A stretch of DNA of 64,000 nucleotides, taken from NCBI RefSeq assembly GCF_035594765.1, contig NC_085842.1:140381036-140445035 (forward strand). The letters run 5' to 3'. This DNA comes from Anolis carolinensis (Eukaryota). Made by a program: the position numbers and the translations under genes. The notes beneath the pieces are model-generated. The model saw only the letters and a list, made by a program, of their open reading frames with translations, did not search any database and had not been told where the DNA came from. Shown here piece by piece: positions 59,726 to 64,000 of the stretch. Numbering within the stretch: position 1 is the stretch's first letter; every line of letters begins with the position of its first letter.

Positions 59726-62721
59726 ATATGATATTATTAACTTCTATATAAAACAAGTTTTCCATATAAGCCTACACAGGGATAAAATGCTATCCAATTT
59801 TTTAAAAATTCCCCATGTTTTTTTCTCTCTGTTTAATCTTTAATAAAAATGAACAAACTGACCTTGATTTAAAAAGAAGTGCTGAGGGAAGACACCTTTA
59901 AATGAACTTTCTTTCTTGCCACCAGGTCAGGGTTTATAAACAATATAGTGCTTTTATAGGGTTAACAAGTCAATCTTATATGTTCTGGAGACAGTTTAAA
60001 CTATTACAACCATATCTCTAGCTCTTCAGAAGGAAAAGAGGGCACTAATTGTTTTACACTTTTAAATTCAACAAACAGTCTACACTTGGGGAAGCAGTGT
60101 CCAGCAGAAAGTGTCAAGAGGTTTATTTTTGTTGAGACCTGTGAAAGGGCCTGAGCTCGAAGCTTTCAAATTCTGCTTCCCTGCCTGGAGCTACAGCATG
60201 TAAACAGTTTATTTAACATGATTTTTGGCATGTCTTCAATAAACCCCTATAATAATTCCCCTGGCAGACCAAACATATTGCAGATTAACAGACACGACTG
60301 CAGTAAAACACCCAACTAGCCTCTCCCTTGCTTTCCTGTTAGTGCACAATGTAAAATACAATATTTAGCTATGTTTATGCCTCTCCTCTGAGTTATTTTG
60401 CTGCAACCCCAAGCTATCTCTTATTGACAAGTTATTTTAGACTAAACGCCAAAGAGGAAAAGCCATTTCCTTCTCCCACTACCCCTTACGCTCTAATGTT
60501 CTTACCTCTAGCTTATAACATGTGGTAGGTGTTGACTATTGTTTATCTACAATGGTTTAGTGTCTTGATCCAGGTTGAAGGAAATTCTGAATTATTGTTT
60601 AAATAACCCACTGCTTACATTTCATTTGAATGTGCTTGAGTTCATTAAAAGTTTATCATCCCATTAAACAAAAAAGTACCTATGGAAAGTGATTTAACCT
60701 CTTTAGTACTACAACAGAATGAAGGAAAACTGAGCACAAGAATAAGCCTGTACACTGCTGCCCTTTAAAATACATGTTACATAAAATCCAGCAGCCCCAA
60801 AGAGCTTGTATCACCTGCATTGCTAGCATAGCACAGTTGGGACACTGCACTTGGCTACGGAAGGGGCTGGCAGAAGGCCATATCACTGCACAATGGAAAG
60901 CCTGCCAGAGACCAGGCCAAGAAGTTCATCGTCAGCTGCTCAGTGTCAAAGCTTCAACACTTTCCTACAGAGGCCATGCATTGTGCAATATTTGAACAAA
61001 CAAACAAATATCATGTGTAAGGGTGCTGGTCGGACCTCTTTTGGCAACAATATACTGCAGGCCTAAGCCTTGGCTTTGCCCTTCTGCATCTGGGAATACT
61101 CAGACCTTTTTTTAGAATGACAAACTCAGTTTGTTCATGGAATCCAATTGTGGAAGCATTTGAGACAATCTTTAACCAGAAATTCCTAGAACCTATTTGT
61201 AAGGTAAGGCACAATGCTAGAAAAGAGGCATTCCCTTCAATAACTATAACTGGAACTTATAAATCTGGAATTTGTGACTATGGTCTTCAGGATAGTGGGC
61301 TAGCCACTGTTGTTGTCTCTCCAGAAGAAAAAAGGGAAGGTTGAAACAAGAGCAGACACCGTTAGATTGAAAATCTCTGGAGTCTAGAAGTCTGTGTTCC
61401 AACGGAGCCAGCTTTTGCGTGCAGAACTGGGTATAACAATGCCAGCAGGAGAAATTCAGGAGAAACTCAGAGATAAGAGGAGCTAGTTGATGAGGGAAAA
61501 CTTTTAAGCTAAATATTTGCAGCTTTCCCAAGTGACAGCTAAGAAGGGACATGATAACTGTTGGCAAATATTTGGAGGCTGTCAGCTCAATGAGGGACAA
61601 ATTACTTAGTGACACATCTGGGAGAATAGCTGAGAGTGACTGGGTAGAACCTAAGGACAAAGAGAAAGGGATGGAAGGGAGAGAGATAGAGGGGGAGGGA
61701 GGAAATTAAAAATGATTTGATGGTAAAGTATTCTAGCTTCAGAGATTGATCTCTTATAAGAAGAGGGTGATATTTCATCAAAGGGTATACTTAAAGCCAA
61801 CACACAAAACACAAAATATCTATCACTTTCTTAAGCAGTTCAACTGACATTCAACATTTTGATCAACAGTCATTCTTGTGTTTGACAACATGTCCTTATT
61901 TTACAGAACACATAAAACCCACCCCAACTCTGTGCATCAAAAGACTCTTAATTCTTTATACTTCAAAGTATCCTAACAAGTCTTCTGTAGTAATAATGAA
62001 GAGTCAGATCAGTATGTGACATACTAAACTGTAATAGTGGTACTTCATTTTCATAACTGAGCTCACTTAGTTTACAGTGCTGAATTGTAAACTATAAGTT
62101 CCTAATTCAGATTTTGCTTCTACTACTAACTCATATGTTTACCAAGCAAGCCGTTATCTCAACTTATCAACTATGTGCAATGGTATTGGTCTATGTTTCT
62201 AAAACAATGCATTTGGTTAACTCTGGCTGTTCCAGAATAGAAGAAACATACCTATTTAAAAGGTTTGTGATGGGGCACCAGGAACAGGCTGAGTTTAGAA
62301 CTGGATTAAAAGATGTTTATATACAGAAAGCATGTCAATTTCATCTGAATGCATGAGACCTACAACAAAATGCACTGTCATAAAAGGACCACCAATTTCC
62401 AAGCCGACCATTTCACCCTTCCCACTGTGATTCCCATGTACTTTGTCTAGGTGTTGCCCACATTCCATGGATACTGAGCATGCTTAATTCCCTTAATTTT
62501 TAACACATTGGGGGTTCTTTTTATATAAGAAAGATTTTGCAATTTTGAGGGGGGCCTGAGCATACTGGTATCTTCCAACTCTTCCCCAGTGCCTTCATTT
62601 TGACTATAATCCTTATTCACTTGTATAGAGTTTGATTAATTGCATTTATTCATTTAATTTATATTATGCTTTTCTCTTATACAGGACCAAAAATGGCTTG
62701 CATCAAATTAAAAAGAAAATA

Positions 62722-62907
62722 GAGTTGGTCATCTGCATTCATTGATTCTACATCTGTAGATTCAAACATCCAGGGCTTGAAAAGGAGGAGGAGGGAAGAA
62801 AAATAAATCTCCAAAAAGAATGCTTTTATTTTTCCATTTTATAAGAGAGACACCATTTTACTGCACCACTGGAACCAAACCCAAGTGGATACCAAGGAGC
62901 CACTGTA
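62722..62907 (-). mobile_element. Old Tigger-like MITE
   Basis: Ends GGAACCAAACCCAAGTGGATACCAAGGAGCCACTGTA; related to 2050-2210. Confidence 0.5.
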
Positions 62908-63871
62908 CAGCTAAACCTATTTCAAACAAAAGTTTAAAAATAAACATTACATTTGTGACAGTTAATCTACCATACTAAATCCTCAAAACTCCTCTGAAGA
63001 AATCCAATACGGTTCATTTTCACAGTGCACATGATAATTACTTTAAGGTGACAGCTGGCAGCCATACTTAACTCAAACCTCTTTTAATGTAAAAGTGCAG
63101 TAGTTTGTCAAGTCCAGGTCCTACAGTTATCCTGCAAGACCTTCAGTAAAAACAAAAGGAGACCAGCATGCACATGGTACTAGGAGAGACAGACTGATTT
63201 TAACACCAGTCTAGGTTGTTAAGTGAATTAACTACGTAAGTGTTTCAGGGGGAAAAATCTAATTCATTTAAAATCACGAATTCCTATTATCTTTTGGATT
63301 CTTAAATTCAAAAATATTATATTATAAAATTAGTAATGACTTTACTATGATGGAGGTTTATAATCATCTCTAAATATTTATGCATTATCTAGGAAAACAT
63401 AGTATGTCTTTTAGTAGACACTTTATTTCTGTCTACTTGCCTTATTCTATCACTGTGCCCAAAATCAGAAAAAACACATTGTTTTCTTCTTCTGACATTT
63501 GCTACCTGTTTGCAGTGGGTTATGCCATTTACCACTGACCAAACAACACAATAGTCTCCTTATATATTTGGTAACTTCTCTGAACAAATTTTGTCATGAA
63601 ACTCAGTGACAGAGTCACTGCAAATTAGAGTCAAAGGCACGTATCAACAATAACAAACGAAGAGCATCCACTTAGGTTTGCATCCATTATAAAGACATCA
63701 AGGAATATGTTCCCATACAGTGCTGAAATTAAGCAACAGTCACATTGTTGTGATGCATAATTCTCTCAACTTTGATACAGAAAGATTACACAGAATCTCA
63801 CCCCGAAAGGAGAAAGCAAGTGAAATTCTTCATTTATGCAGACGAGAATGAAGCAAATATGTATATCTCTA

Positions 63872-63931
63872 ATGATAGCCATGTACAAATACGTGAAAGG
63901 AAGTCATAGGGAGAGGGGGCAAGCTTGTTTT
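63872..63931 (+). mobile_element. CR1 ORF2 fragment
   Basis: ATGATAGCCATGTACAAATACGTGA…GCAAGCTTGTTTT matches 18784-18844. Confidence 0.85.
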
Positions 63932-64000
63932 CATAGAATCATAGAATCATAGAATAGTAGAGTTGGAAGAGACCACATGGGCCATCCAGTCCAACCCCCT
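63931..64000 (-). mobile_element. CR1 3' end (continues beyond the window)
   Basis: (TCATAGAA)3 followed by TAGTAGAGTTGGAAGAGACC…GGCCATCCAGTCCAACCCC, the reverse of the 19065-19133 terminus. Confidence 0.92.

Overview
AT-rich vertebrate genomic DNA whose repeat complement points to a squamate reptile, most likely an Anolis-type lizard (inference from CR1 with (TTCTATGA)n tails, BovB-like RTE, L2, R4/Dong, Sauria-type and 5S-derived SINEs, and many hAT, Tc1/mariner and PIF/Harbinger MITEs). The window looks intronic or intergenic. I find no intact host gene; the long ORFs are retrotransposon fragments or repeat artefacts. Most notable: (1) a composite ~0.8 kb non-autonomous hAT present twice in inverted orientation (24968-25778, 41723-42556), each copy with its own perfect 8-bp TSD, assembled from a mariner-MITE fragment and a Penelope-like segment; (2) a complete 1.7 kb non-autonomous Helitron (51759-53455) whose cargo is two tandem arrays (75 bp and 124 bp) amplified from that same Penelope-like segment; (3) R4/Dong elements inserted in (TAA)n tails of L2 LINEs; (4) a MITE-CR1 chimeric ORF; (5) a candidate alternative first exon encoding an N-myristoylation motif, and a cluster of candidate short exons near the window start. 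Family names come from recalled consensus features, not database searches.
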